DNA of 64,000 bases from Thermoproteota archaeon (lineage in GTDB: Archaea > Thermoproteota > EX4484-205 > JAAOZP01). Positions 56,449 to 64,000 of the stretch are shown in pieces. The translations under genes were made by a program, and so were the position numbers. Location of the stretch: contig JBNAVT010000008.1 of NCBI GenBank assembly GCA_049700215.1, positions 860 through 64,859 on the forward strand, written 5' to 3'. Position 1 is the first letter of the stretch. Each line of letters starts with the position of its first letter. The notes beneath the pieces are model-generated. The model made no database searches, had not been told where the DNA came from, and saw only the letters and a list, made by a program, of their open reading frames with translations.

Positions 56449-57854
56449 TAACGATACTGCGGAAGAATAGGGTGACCTACGAGCTGCTGGAAACCCCTGG
56501 CAGGGACAGGATTGTCGGAAGCTACTTAATACTTCTCGACAGTATTACACGGAGAAAGCTTCTTCTCCAAATAATAGACGTCAACTATCTTAGCATTCCT
56601 GGCGAGGTAGAGGAGATAATACGGATAAGCAAGAGGGAGGAATCCTACCAGGTTTTCGAGGAGGATGAAAACCTTAAGGAGATACTTGACGAGCTGATGG
56701 ATTCTAGAATATTAATATGCAAGGTTCGGGCAGCCTTCTCGTTAGATGATGAGACCATAGATTTTCAGTGGGCTCCCTCAAGGTTGAAGTCGAGAATCTA
56801 TGAGCCGAGCGCGGAGGAGTTGAACGAGTTGATTACAAGCAAGTACGCGATACCGGTTAAGATCAGCGACGACACAGAGGTGGATCTGAACGCTTTAGAC
56901 GGCGGTTTAACCCTGGTGATCGGTAAGAAGGGTTCGGGCAAGTCGAATCTCTCTAAAACATTGATAGCAAGGCTCTTGGAACACGGTGGGCGCTGTATAG
57001 TCTTTGACATAAACGGGGAATATGAGCCGGCTGCGATGAAAAGCAGGTTCCTAGTCTTAAAACCTGGTGAAAACATGTTTCTCAGTATACCTGGACTCGG
57101 GAAAGAGCTTTTCATAAATCTCATGGAAACCATTATGGGGTTGCCTCCCTCGTCAGTCTGGGAGCTGAGACGAATACTTGACAGTCTTGAGAACAGGAAT
57201 ATGTTGAGCCTTAAGAACCTTTGGAATGAGATAGTCTGCGGAAGGATTAATGACCTCGTTAAGGAAGCGCTTATCAGGAGGATAACGGTTCTGAGGGAAA
57301 GCGGCTTATTCAAGGACTCTGACGCGACAGACTTAGACAGGGTTTTTAAAGAGGCATCGAGTAAGGCTCTTATAGTAAACCTGAAGGGTTTACCGAAATC
57401 CTTTAGGCAGCTGATAGTTGAGACGGTTCTCAATAAGACTGTTAGGATGCTTGAGAACGGTGAGATAAAGCCACTCTTCCTTTTCGCGGAGGAGGCTCAA
57501 TCATACTTGGATGAGAAAGCATGGGAGGACTATATAACGCGGATGAGGCACATAGGGTTGTCGGTTGTCTTCATAACTAACGAGCCGGATAGCCTCATGA
57601 GCTTCGTGTACAGGCAGGCTGACAACTGTTTCATATTCAACCTGTTGAACGAGAACGATTTAAACTATATTTCGAAGATGTCTAAAATAGATGCTGAATC
57701 ACTTATTAGCCTTGTGCCCACTCTGCCCGTTGGCAAGTGTCTTGCATTTGGAAACGTCACTGGGAACATTCCTGTTATTTTGAATATACGTAGGGAAAAC
57801 GTGTTTGGAACAGGAGAGACTAGGAAAGTGCTTTTAGCGGTTCCTAGAAGCTGA
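56445..57854 (+). CDS. HerA-like (HAS-barrel + RecA-like, DUF87/FtsK-HerA superfamily) ATPase
   Basis: Walker A LTLVIGKKGSGKSNLSKTL and HerA-type Walker B PLFLFAEEAQSYLD (hhhhEEAH-like). About 150-aa N-terminal domain before the P-loop, as in HerA. 469 aa. Confidence 0.6.
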   Translation: MITILRKNRVTYELLETPGRDRIVGSYLILLDSITRRKLLLQIIDVNYLSIPGEVEEIIRISKREESYQVFEEDENLKEILDELMDSRILICKVRAAFSLDDETIDFQWAPSRLKSRIYEPSAEELNELITSKYAIPVKISDDTEVDLNALDGGLTLVIGKKGSGKSNLSKTLIARLLEHGGRCIVFDINGEYEPAAMKSRFLVLKPGENMFLSIPGLGKELFINLMETIMGLPPSSVWELRRILDSLENRNMLSLKNLWNEIVCGRINDLVKEALIRRITVLRESGLFKDSDATDLDRVFKEASSKALIVNLKGLPKSFRQLIVETVLNKTVRMLENGEIKPLFLFAEEAQSYLDEKAWEDYITRMRHIGLSVVFITNEPDSLMSFVYRQADNCFIFNLLNENDLNYISKMSKIDAESLISLVPTLPVGKCLAFGNVTGNIPVILNIRRENVFGTGETRKVLLAVPRS

Positions 57855-59133
57855 AAACCCCCGCTCCCCCATACTTTGCCATGGAGCCCAGTTTTTCACA
57901 TATTCTTAGAATCCTATTGTACTTCGCAGTTCTCTCCCCCCTGCATGGGGCTCCTGTTTTTATCTGCCCAGCGTTGAAAGCGACAGCAACATCGGAAATA
58001 TAGGTGTCCTCAGTTTCTCCAGACCTGTGGCTTACGATAACTCTATAGTTGTTTTCCACAGCAGTGTTGAAAGTCTCCAGCGACTCAGTTAAGGATCCGC
58101 ATTGATTAAGCTTGAAGAGGAGAGCGTTTGCAGCGCCTCTCCTTATCCCTTGGAGAAGCCTCTCCCTGTTTGTAACGAAAACGTCGTCTCCAACTATCTG
58201 TACTCGGGAGCCTATTCTCCTAGTGATCTCGGCGAAGGATTCGAAATCGTTTTCCTCAAACGGGTCCTCTATCGATTTCAGCCTGAAGGTTGAGGCAAGC
58301 TCAACGTAGTATTCTAGAAGCTCGCTGCTCGCAAGCTCCCTACCATCTATCCTGTACTTGCTTGAAGAAGAATCGTAGAAAGAGGATGATGCTGCATCTA
58401 TTCCAAGTAATACTTGTGAAGAAGTGTAGCCTGTTTCCTCGATCGCTGCCGAAAGCAGTTCCAACGCTTGGTCGCTCCGGCTGAGAGGAGGCGCGAAGCC
58501 TCCTTCGTCGCCAACGTTTATAGAGGGTCTTCCGTATTTATTGACTATCACGCTTCTAAGCGTGTGGTAAACTTCAACACCGGCTCTTAAAGCACTCGGG
58601 AAATCGTTGAACCCTGCAGGTATTATCATGAACTCCTGTATGGAAAGGTTGTTTCCCGCATGCTTACCCCCGTTTATAACGTTCATAAGGGGGACGGGGA
58701 GCGTGACGCCTTTCCCTCCCCCTAAGTACTCGTAGAGCTCCATTCCGCTAGCGTTTGAAGCGGCTATAGCGTTGCCCAGCGAGACGGCTAGGATCGCGTT
58801 CGCCCCAAGCCTAGACTTGTTCAAAGTACCGTCTAATTCAAGCATTATTCTGTCAACCTCGCTTTGACGCCTAGCGTCTAAACCGGTTAAAGCCTGGCTG
58901 ATCGCCTCATTAATGTTCCTGACCGCCTTTAAAACACCTAAACCGTGGAATCTTTTTCCATCCCTATCTCTCAGCTCAACCGCCTCATACTTCCCCGTGG
59001 AGGCACCTGAGGGGACACCTGCTTGGCCTACGGCTCCCCCCTGCAGCTCGACGACTGCTTCAACCGTAGGATTCCCCCGAGAGTCCAGTATCTCTCTGCC
59101 TCGAACCCTTTTTATTTTAAACGCATCTTCCAT
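57844..59133 (-). CDS. eno: enolase (phosphopyruvate hydratase)
   Basis: SHRSGETEDTYISDVAVAFNAGQIKTGAPCRGERTAKYN is the enolase C-terminal signature. Confidence 0.9.
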   Translation of the reverse strand: MEDAFKIKRVRGREILDSRGNPTVEAVVELQGGAVGQAGVPSGASTGKYEAVELRDRDGKRFHGLGVLKAVRNINEAISQALTGLDARRQSEVDRIMLELDGTLNKSRLGANAILAVSLGNAIAASNASGMELYEYLGGGKGVTLPVPLMNVINGGKHAGNNLSIQEFMIIPAGFNDFPSALRAGVEVYHTLRSVIVNKYGRPSINVGDEGGFAPPLSRSDQALELLSAAIEETGYTSSQVLLGIDAASSSFYDSSSSKYRIDGRELASSELLEYYVELASTFRLKSIEDPFEENDFESFAEITRRIGSRVQIVGDDVFVTNRERLLQGIRRGAANALLFKLNQCGSLTESLETFNTAVENNYRVIVSHRSGETEDTYISDVAVAFNAGQIKTGAPCRGERTAKYNRILRICEKLGSMAKYGGAGVFSF

Positions 59134-59172
59134 TTTCCGTTTGGAATATTTAGAGCATGATTTAAGGTTTTG

Positions 59173-59499
59173 CTAAAGGAGCACTGGAAGTATGAATTCG
59201 CTGAAGAAGGCGAGTAGTAGTGCACCAAATATCAGGTCTCTTCCAAGATACTTGTTTACCTTGGTTACGTAGAGTATAACCCCGATTACAGCCATTGGAG
59301 CATAGATCATCGATAGGACGCGGAGAGATGCTTGCAGCACCATTTGCGAGAATGCTGCAACCGTTTTCTCCACGGAGTCCACGATGCTTTCAAGCAGTTT
59401 TGTAAACCACTCTGAGCCTGCCGACTGTTCCCCCTCCTCTCCTATAAGCGGGATTATCAGTCCCTCTGCAAGCCTTAATATTCTCATGCCCCGTCCCAT
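59173..59499 (-). CDS. hypothetical small membrane protein
   Basis: 108 aa with two C-terminal hydrophobic helices. Confidence 0.3.
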   Translation of the reverse strand: MGRGMRILRLAEGLIIPLIGEEGEQSAGSEWFTKLLESIVDSVEKTVAAFSQMVLQASLRVLSMIYAPMAVIGVILYVTKVNKYLGRDLIFGALLLAFFSEFILPVLL

Positions 59500-59546
59500 T
59501 TATAGAGAGGCTGAAACCCTATTTAACCACCCCTGAGTATTCGTTT

Positions 59547-61103
59547 TTAAGACGCCTCCTCGTGAAGAACCTGATACTTGTCCATTTGGCTTAAAAGCGC
59601 CTTAACACTGGACTCCCTGACCTTCACTTTCCCACCTGCAGCCTCCTCCGCGAACCTGATTATCAGAGGCAAATACTTGCGGTAAACGTCGAGCCTCCTT
59701 CTCTCCCTCTCCATGCTTTTCTTCCTCGAGAGGTAGAACGAGATTTCCCTGCTGACATTCCTAAGCCCGTTTAAAATCTCCCTCTCTATTTCAGGCCTAT
59801 CAGCCACATACTCTTTTCCAACAGTTTTGTAAGGTATTTTCGTCGAACATATGTGTACGATGATTCTAACAGGGTCTGTCCTAGGGTCTATCCTATACCG
59901 TTTCCAGTTCATCAGCTTGTTCACAACCTTGTAGGAAACATCGTTAGCCTCATCGTATAGAAGAGGTATTCTGTTAGCATACCTGTATATTATTGCATTG
60001 CCGTCTTCAGGAGGAGTTATCTTCCCACCGTAAGCTATTCCAACTTCAACTATGAAGGGGTGTCCTGAATATGCTTGGGGCTTTCTGCTCTCGACTGCAA
60101 GCACCTCAGGTTCAAGCTCCTTCTTAATCCCCTCTTTCAAAAGCGCCTCGCCTATCGGGGATAGGATGCTTGCATCCGGTGGAAGAAAGCCGTCATAATT
60201 CTTCAAAGTCTGAGTGAGCCTCACGATCTCATCCAAGCCGAGCTCTCCGACAAGCGTGTTCGGCGAAAGGTTCAGCTGCTCCAGTATCCTACTGGCCGTC
60301 TCCTTCCCAACCCTGTGGAAGCTTCGTGTGAGAAATGATACGAGTGTTCTCTTACGGTTCTCCTCCGCGAGCCTCTTAACCATTTCAACGTCAACGCCGT
60401 GAGGATGAGGTAGTGTTTCCTTAGGAGGATTGGGCATTTGTGCAGTACTCCTGGAAAACCTGATTAGCCTCCCGTAGGCGTCTACTAGGGTAATGTTCGC
60501 ATAGGGCGCGACAAGCGCGCTAAGCTTAATATACTCAAGTATCTTCGGGAAGGCTCTGAAGTAATCTCCCTCGAGAGTGAAGCTTACAATAGTGCCACTC
60601 CACTTTTTAGGGTTATTCTTCTCCTCCCTCTCTAAAACTATGGGCGCGTTCTTCTTAATGTCTATCATTATCTTGAAGAGGTATATTCTTTTACGGTAGC
60701 CGACAGTGATTTCAAGCGGGTTGTTAGTTGTTATCTGACCGTAGAGATACGCCATTTTCCCACCTAGCCCGAACGTGCCTCTGGATTGTATTAGGGTATA
60801 CTTTGAGCCGAAAAGTATCTTTCCAAAGGCGTTTGGAATGTGTTCAGGCGGGATCCCTCCACCGTTGTCAGCAATCCTTATCCTTACAATGTTTCTTTCG
60901 CTACTTGCCTGGCCTTCAATAGTTAGAAACAGAATTATGTCCGGCAGTATGCCTCTTGCTTCGCAGGCGTCTAGAGAGTTTTCAACCAGTTCCCTGACCG
61001 CCGTGTACAGTGCCCTGACGGGGTTTGAAAACCCTGCGATGTCTCTGTTCCTATAGAAGAAGTCCGCAGGACTGATCTCTTTGAATTTTTCCTCAGAACT
61101 CAT
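59547..61103 (-). CDS. top6B: DNA topoisomerase VI subunit B
   Basis: Bergerat-fold GHKL ATPase motifs: LYTAVRELVENSLDA, DNGGGIP, GTFGLGG; transducer domain. 518 aa. Confidence 0.9.
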   Translation of the reverse strand: MSSEEKFKEISPADFFYRNRDIAGFSNPVRALYTAVRELVENSLDACEARGILPDIILFLTIEGQASSERNIVRIRIADNGGGIPPEHIPNAFGKILFGSKYTLIQSRGTFGLGGKMAYLYGQITTNNPLEITVGYRKRIYLFKIMIDIKKNAPIVLEREEKNNPKKWSGTIVSFTLEGDYFRAFPKILEYIKLSALVAPYANITLVDAYGRLIRFSRSTAQMPNPPKETLPHPHGVDVEMVKRLAEENRKRTLVSFLTRSFHRVGKETASRILEQLNLSPNTLVGELGLDEIVRLTQTLKNYDGFLPPDASILSPIGEALLKEGIKKELEPEVLAVESRKPQAYSGHPFIVEVGIAYGGKITPPEDGNAIIYRYANRIPLLYDEANDVSYKVVNKLMNWKRYRIDPRTDPVRIIVHICSTKIPYKTVGKEYVADRPEIEREILNGLRNVSREISFYLSRKKSMERERRRLDVYRKYLPLIIRFAEEAAGGKVKVRESSVKALLSQMDKYQVLHEEAS

Positions 61104-61674
61104 CTCCCAGCTTCTCCTCTCTACTCATCCAAATCCCTTTCTCCAATGATTTTCTTTGACGCTCCAAATATTTAAACGCGGTGCTGAATTGAGCACCCTT
61201 CAGTATCTTTAGAATAGTCTTGAAAGCTATTTCGCAGCTTTCATCCTCCCCCATTATTCCGAGAGTATACTTGTGGAGTGCAAGCTTAGCGCCAGAGAGC
61301 TTCTCAATCTTCTTCCAGACCTTCCCGTCCTTCCCTATTATTCTACCCTTTATTATTTTTATTCGAGAGGAGGACTCGCCGGCGAAATCCCTTAAGTCAA
61401 TTATCTTGAGAACAAGATTATCATCCAGAAGCCTTAGAGCATCCTCGCCCGAGAACCCGCATGATATTGCATCCGCAATCCTCCTCAGCTTGAAGTATGA
61501 TTCAGGATCCTCAGCATTATACTCCACCTTAACCGTTCCATCCTGTTGAACTTGAATCTTAGCCTTGGTTTCCTCCTCTATTTTCTTCTTTATTTCACCG
61601 TTTTTCCCGATTAAAACTCCTACTCTTTCCTGCGGAATGTTTAGAAATATTACGTTAACCAATTTTGCTAACAA
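61093..61674 (-). CDS. KH-domain RNA-binding protein (Dim2/Pno1-like)
   Basis: Two KH modules (VGVLIGKNGEIKKKIEEETKAKI; GRIIGKDGKVWKKIEKLSGAKL), adjacent to the RIO kinase. Confidence 0.75.
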   Translation of the reverse strand: MLAKLVNVIFLNIPQERVGVLIGKNGEIKKKIEEETKAKIQVQQDGTVKVEYNAEDPESYFKLRRIADAISCGFSGEDALRLLDDNLVLKIIDLRDFAGESSSRIKIIKGRIIGKDGKVWKKIEKLSGAKLALHKYTLGIMGEDESCEIAFKTILKILKGAQFSTAFKYLERQRKSLEKGIWMSREEKLGDEF

Positions 61675-62443
61675 CCTCCTCCACGGCTATTGTTTCGTCA
61701 ACCCATCTCCTTTTCATGAAGAACCTGTTTATGTTTTCAACATCCCTCCTTAAAAATTCGCCTGCCAAGGGGTGGGTAATTGGGACTGCTTGAGACAAAT
61801 CTATGATGAAAGGCTTCTCATTCCAAATCATAACGTTATACTCGCTCAGGTCTGCATGGATCAAGCCTGCCTTATCGCGGCTCTTAACTATGAAGTCAAT
61901 TATCTCCATATAGGTTTCACTAGGCTTCTCAAGCTTGTGAACCTCCTTCAAAAGAGGAGCCCTCTGGCCATTCTCACCTATGAAACTCATCACTAAAATG
62001 TTTTTCTGGACGATTATGGGCTTCGGCACGGGAAGCCCAACCTCGTGCAGGGTGCTTAAATTAGCATACTCTTTTCTCGCCCAAGTGAACACTAGTGACC
62101 GGCTGTCGCTCTTGACTTTTTCAAAACGCTTGTCGCCAATGATATACTTCAACATCATGCGCCTTATCTCCGTGTTAATGGTCAAGTAGATTTTGACAGC
62201 GGCCTCAACATCGCCTTTCGCAATAGCGTGATACACTTTCGACTCTTTACCTGAAGATATTTCGCCGTTAAACTCTTTCAAAATCCCTTTCCTCAGTAAA
62301 TCATAAAGCTGCATTAAAACCTCAACGTTGAAAACCTCGCTGAAAACCTCGAAATCCTCGCTTCTCTTAACCTTCATTCTCTGAAGCTTCTCTATAAGCC
62401 TCTCCCTGAGCTCCAAGCTGTCGAAGACTTTTTCACGCCTCAT
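61655..62443 (-). CDS. RIO-type serine/threonine protein kinase
   Basis: GKESKVYHA, catalytic LIHADLSEYNVMI, IDLSQAV metal-binding loop. Confidence 0.85.
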   Translation of the reverse strand: MRREKVFDSLELRERLIEKLQRMKVKRSEDFEVFSEVFNVEVLMQLYDLLRKGILKEFNGEISSGKESKVYHAIAKGDVEAAVKIYLTINTEIRRMMLKYIIGDKRFEKVKSDSRSLVFTWARKEYANLSTLHEVGLPVPKPIIVQKNILVMSFIGENGQRAPLLKEVHKLEKPSETYMEIIDFIVKSRDKAGLIHADLSEYNVMIWNEKPFIIDLSQAVPITHPLAGEFLRRDVENINRFFMKRRWVDETIAVEEVVSKIG

Positions 62444-62493
62444 GTTGCTGCAACTACCTGAAGCACGTGGTGAGCCCGCATCTTTTTTAAAGA

Positions 62494-62844
62494 TTAACTA
62501 CTGGCCCCGCCTGCCTGCCCCTGTGTTTCCTTCACAAGCTCCTTGCTTAAAAGCCCGTTTTTAACCAGGTAGTCTATCTGACCAATAGTATACCTGTGTA
62601 AAATTTCACCTCGATCAGGCTGAAAGGACCATGGCTCAACCAGAACAATATCGTTCAGCTTAATCCATATTTTTCTCCTAAGCTTCCCCCTAAGCCTGCA
62701 CTGCCTGACCCTGCCGTCAGAGCAGAGCACCAGAGCCCAGTTGGAACCTGAAAGCCCCTCTACCCTCCCGAATAGTTGCCCCTCTCCAGGCGTTACTAAG
62801 GTTTCGGAAATATCTCTCTCACTATACACTTTTCTCTTTCCCAA
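62494..62844 (-). CDS. translation initiation factor aIF-1A
   Basis: S1/OB fold: GQLFGRVEGLSGSNWALVLCSDGRVRQCRLRGKLRRKIWIKLNDIVLVEPW. Confidence 0.85.
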   Translation of the reverse strand: MGKRKVYSERDISETLVTPGEGQLFGRVEGLSGSNWALVLCSDGRVRQCRLRGKLRRKIWIKLNDIVLVEPWSFQPDRGEILHRYTIGQIDYLVKNGLLSKELVKETQGQAGGASS

Positions 62845-62906
62845 GCTCTACAGAGCCCGGGTTCCTCCTCCCTAATAAACTATATGCTTCAAAAGACGCT
62901 TAAAAG

Positions 62907-63218
62907 CTAGATGCGAATTATCATCATAAACAATACTCCGCCTATTTTCCTGGCGTTATCCATCCTTCCTAAACCGCTTTCCAAAACGGTTTTCACAACC
63001 CTGTTCCCGATGAGGTTCACTGAGGAAGCGTCCCTGATGCTTCTTAAAAGCTCCTCCCCGTCTACAAGCCTGCCGCCGTAGAACTTTTCAACTACGTTCA
63101 CCTCTAAACCCGTCTCATCCTTAATGGTTTTTCCGAGAAGCTCCCTGTCGCATGCTCCTATTATCTTGGTCGGCCCAACCGAATGCTCCTTCATGTAAAA
63201 GTCTTTACTCATTTTCAA
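62907..63218 (-). CDS. conserved archaeal small protein co-located with aIF-2beta (DUF424-like)
   Basis: 103 aa, translationally coupled (4-nt overlap) to aIF-2beta upstream. Confidence 0.35.
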   Translation of the reverse strand: MKMSKDFYMKEHSVGPTKIIGACDRELLGKTIKDETGLEVNVVEKFYGGRLVDGEELLRSIRDASSVNLIGNRVVKTVLESGLGRMDNARKIGGVLFMMIIRI

Positions 63219-63643
63219 AGGCTTTTAACGGGCGAAACAGCGCCGCAGCTTAAGCATACGAGTTGAACTATGCCCCGCTTCTCCCTGCTCAGCTTCGTAT
63301 CCGGCCTTTTGCAAACAGGGCATTCCACGTACGCTTTTATGTAGTCCGCTATCACGGTATCCAGCTGCTTAGGGAGAATTCTACCCTTGAAAACATAGCG
63401 TCCCTCACCGCTTTCCGAGTATGGCGCGGCGAGTCTTAAAGTCATGTATTTCAGCAGGTGCTTAACATCCCTGTTTAACAGGTCTGCTATCTGGTTAAGG
63501 TTTTGAACTATAGTCTTGTTCTTCTCACTTATGCATTCGACACTTGGAATGGTCAACCTGTCTCTGCTCTCCGTCTTAGGCACTTTACTGAGCCCTCTAT
63601 CCAACCATTCTAAGTATTTTTCCTCACTACCTGTTTCCTTCAC
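63215..63643 (-). CDS. translation initiation factor aIF-2 beta subunit
   Basis: LLKYMTLRLAAPYSESGEGRYVFKGR with C-terminal zinc ribbon CPVCKRPDT...CLSCG. Confidence 0.85.
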   Translation of the reverse strand: MKETGSEEKYLEWLDRGLSKVPKTESRDRLTIPSVECISEKNKTIVQNLNQIADLLNRDVKHLLKYMTLRLAAPYSESGEGRYVFKGRILPKQLDTVIADYIKAYVECPVCKRPDTKLSREKRGIVQLVCLSCGAVSPVKSL

Positions 63644-63683
63644 TTTTCTTTCCTAAGTAGGGGGGAATAGAAACTCTTTAATA

Positions 63684-64000
63684 ATGCTTTCTATTGAGTT
63701 GTTTCGACCGTATATGAGCAGCATAATTGTTGTTGGAAGCTCTGGTAAGGATGAGCACTTTAAAATAGGCTCTTTCCACAGGCTGCCAAAGGTTTTTCAT
63801 CCTTTTCTGAAGAAGACTATCCCGGTCTCCAGGATAGGCGAGCTCCTTGGCCCAGAGTGGGATAGGGAGAAGGTTTACAGCTTGCTGGAGGCTAACAGCC
63901 TGTCTCCCGTTAAATATAGTTACGGTGGCAGGGCTCCCCATGTTGCCTACGGTGTTGCACGTCTGGGCGGCAGAGTAAGCCTGATCACCACCTTTGGCAG
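63684..64000 (+). CDS. PfkB-family carbohydrate kinase-like, 3'-partial
   Basis: ATG at 63684; ...YSYGGRAPHVAYGVARLGGRVSLITTFG resembles the PfkB N-terminal GG motif region. Runs off the window end. Preferred over the antisense 87-aa ORF 63678..63941. Confidence 0.4.
   Translation, partial: MLSIELFRPYMSSIIVVGSSGKDEHFKIGSFHRLPKVFHPFLKKTIPVSRIGELLGPEWDREKVYSLLEANSLSPVKYSYGGRAPHVAYGVARLGGRVSLITTFG

Noticed and set aside
63678-63941. 87-aa minus-strand ORF
   Set aside because: The plus strand encodes a PfkB-kinase-like N-terminus from an ATG at 63684, which explains the region better.
1-64000. CRISPR arrays / long tandem repeats
   Set aside because: No regularly spaced direct repeats were seen on reading. 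The only repeats noted are short (GGCGAGG tandem at 2766..2780; the QTSYNQLQTLYNQLQ coding repeat at about 23200).

Overview
This looks like an archaeal chromosome segment (GC about 50%, archaeal-type tRNAs with non-canonical introns, aIF/RIO/Topo VI genes), probably a thermophilic crenarchaeon close to Thermofilum; that placement is inference from the proteins and tRNA style, not a search result. The core is dense with housekeeping genes: alaS, leuS, hisS, tRNA-splicing endonuclease endA, enolase, topoisomerase VI subunit B, a RIO kinase next to a KH/Dim2-like protein, aIF-1A and aIF-2beta, and a BMP-type ABC transporter. Inside this core sit four things that deserve a second look. First, a four-gene operon next to tRNA-iMet encodes two paralogous wHTH proteins, an unknown 285-aa protein and a HerA-like ATPase, with no NurA, Mre11 or Rad50 nearby. 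Second, a roughly 9-kb accessory cluster carries a DUF134 regulator, three small W/Y/P/G-rich DUF5320-like proteins sharing a coiled-coil motif, two NifX/NifB-like proteins and two MinD-ferredoxin ATPases; it spans a low-GC island and contains several disrupted genes. Third, the tRNA genes are unusual: two genes with identical exons but different long introns, a tRNA-Leu with two introns, and an isolated tRNA-Phe 5' fragment flanked by inverted repeats that may be a split-tRNA half or an integration scar. Fourth, a tandem pair of IPCT/DIPPS-like genes points to di-myo-inositol-phosphate solute synthesis. Several reading frames appear interrupted (in-frame TAG in a thioredoxin; frameshifts in flavoprotein, VOC, DUF134 and surface-protein genes); this may be genuine gene decay or sequencing error, and I cannot tell which from this window.
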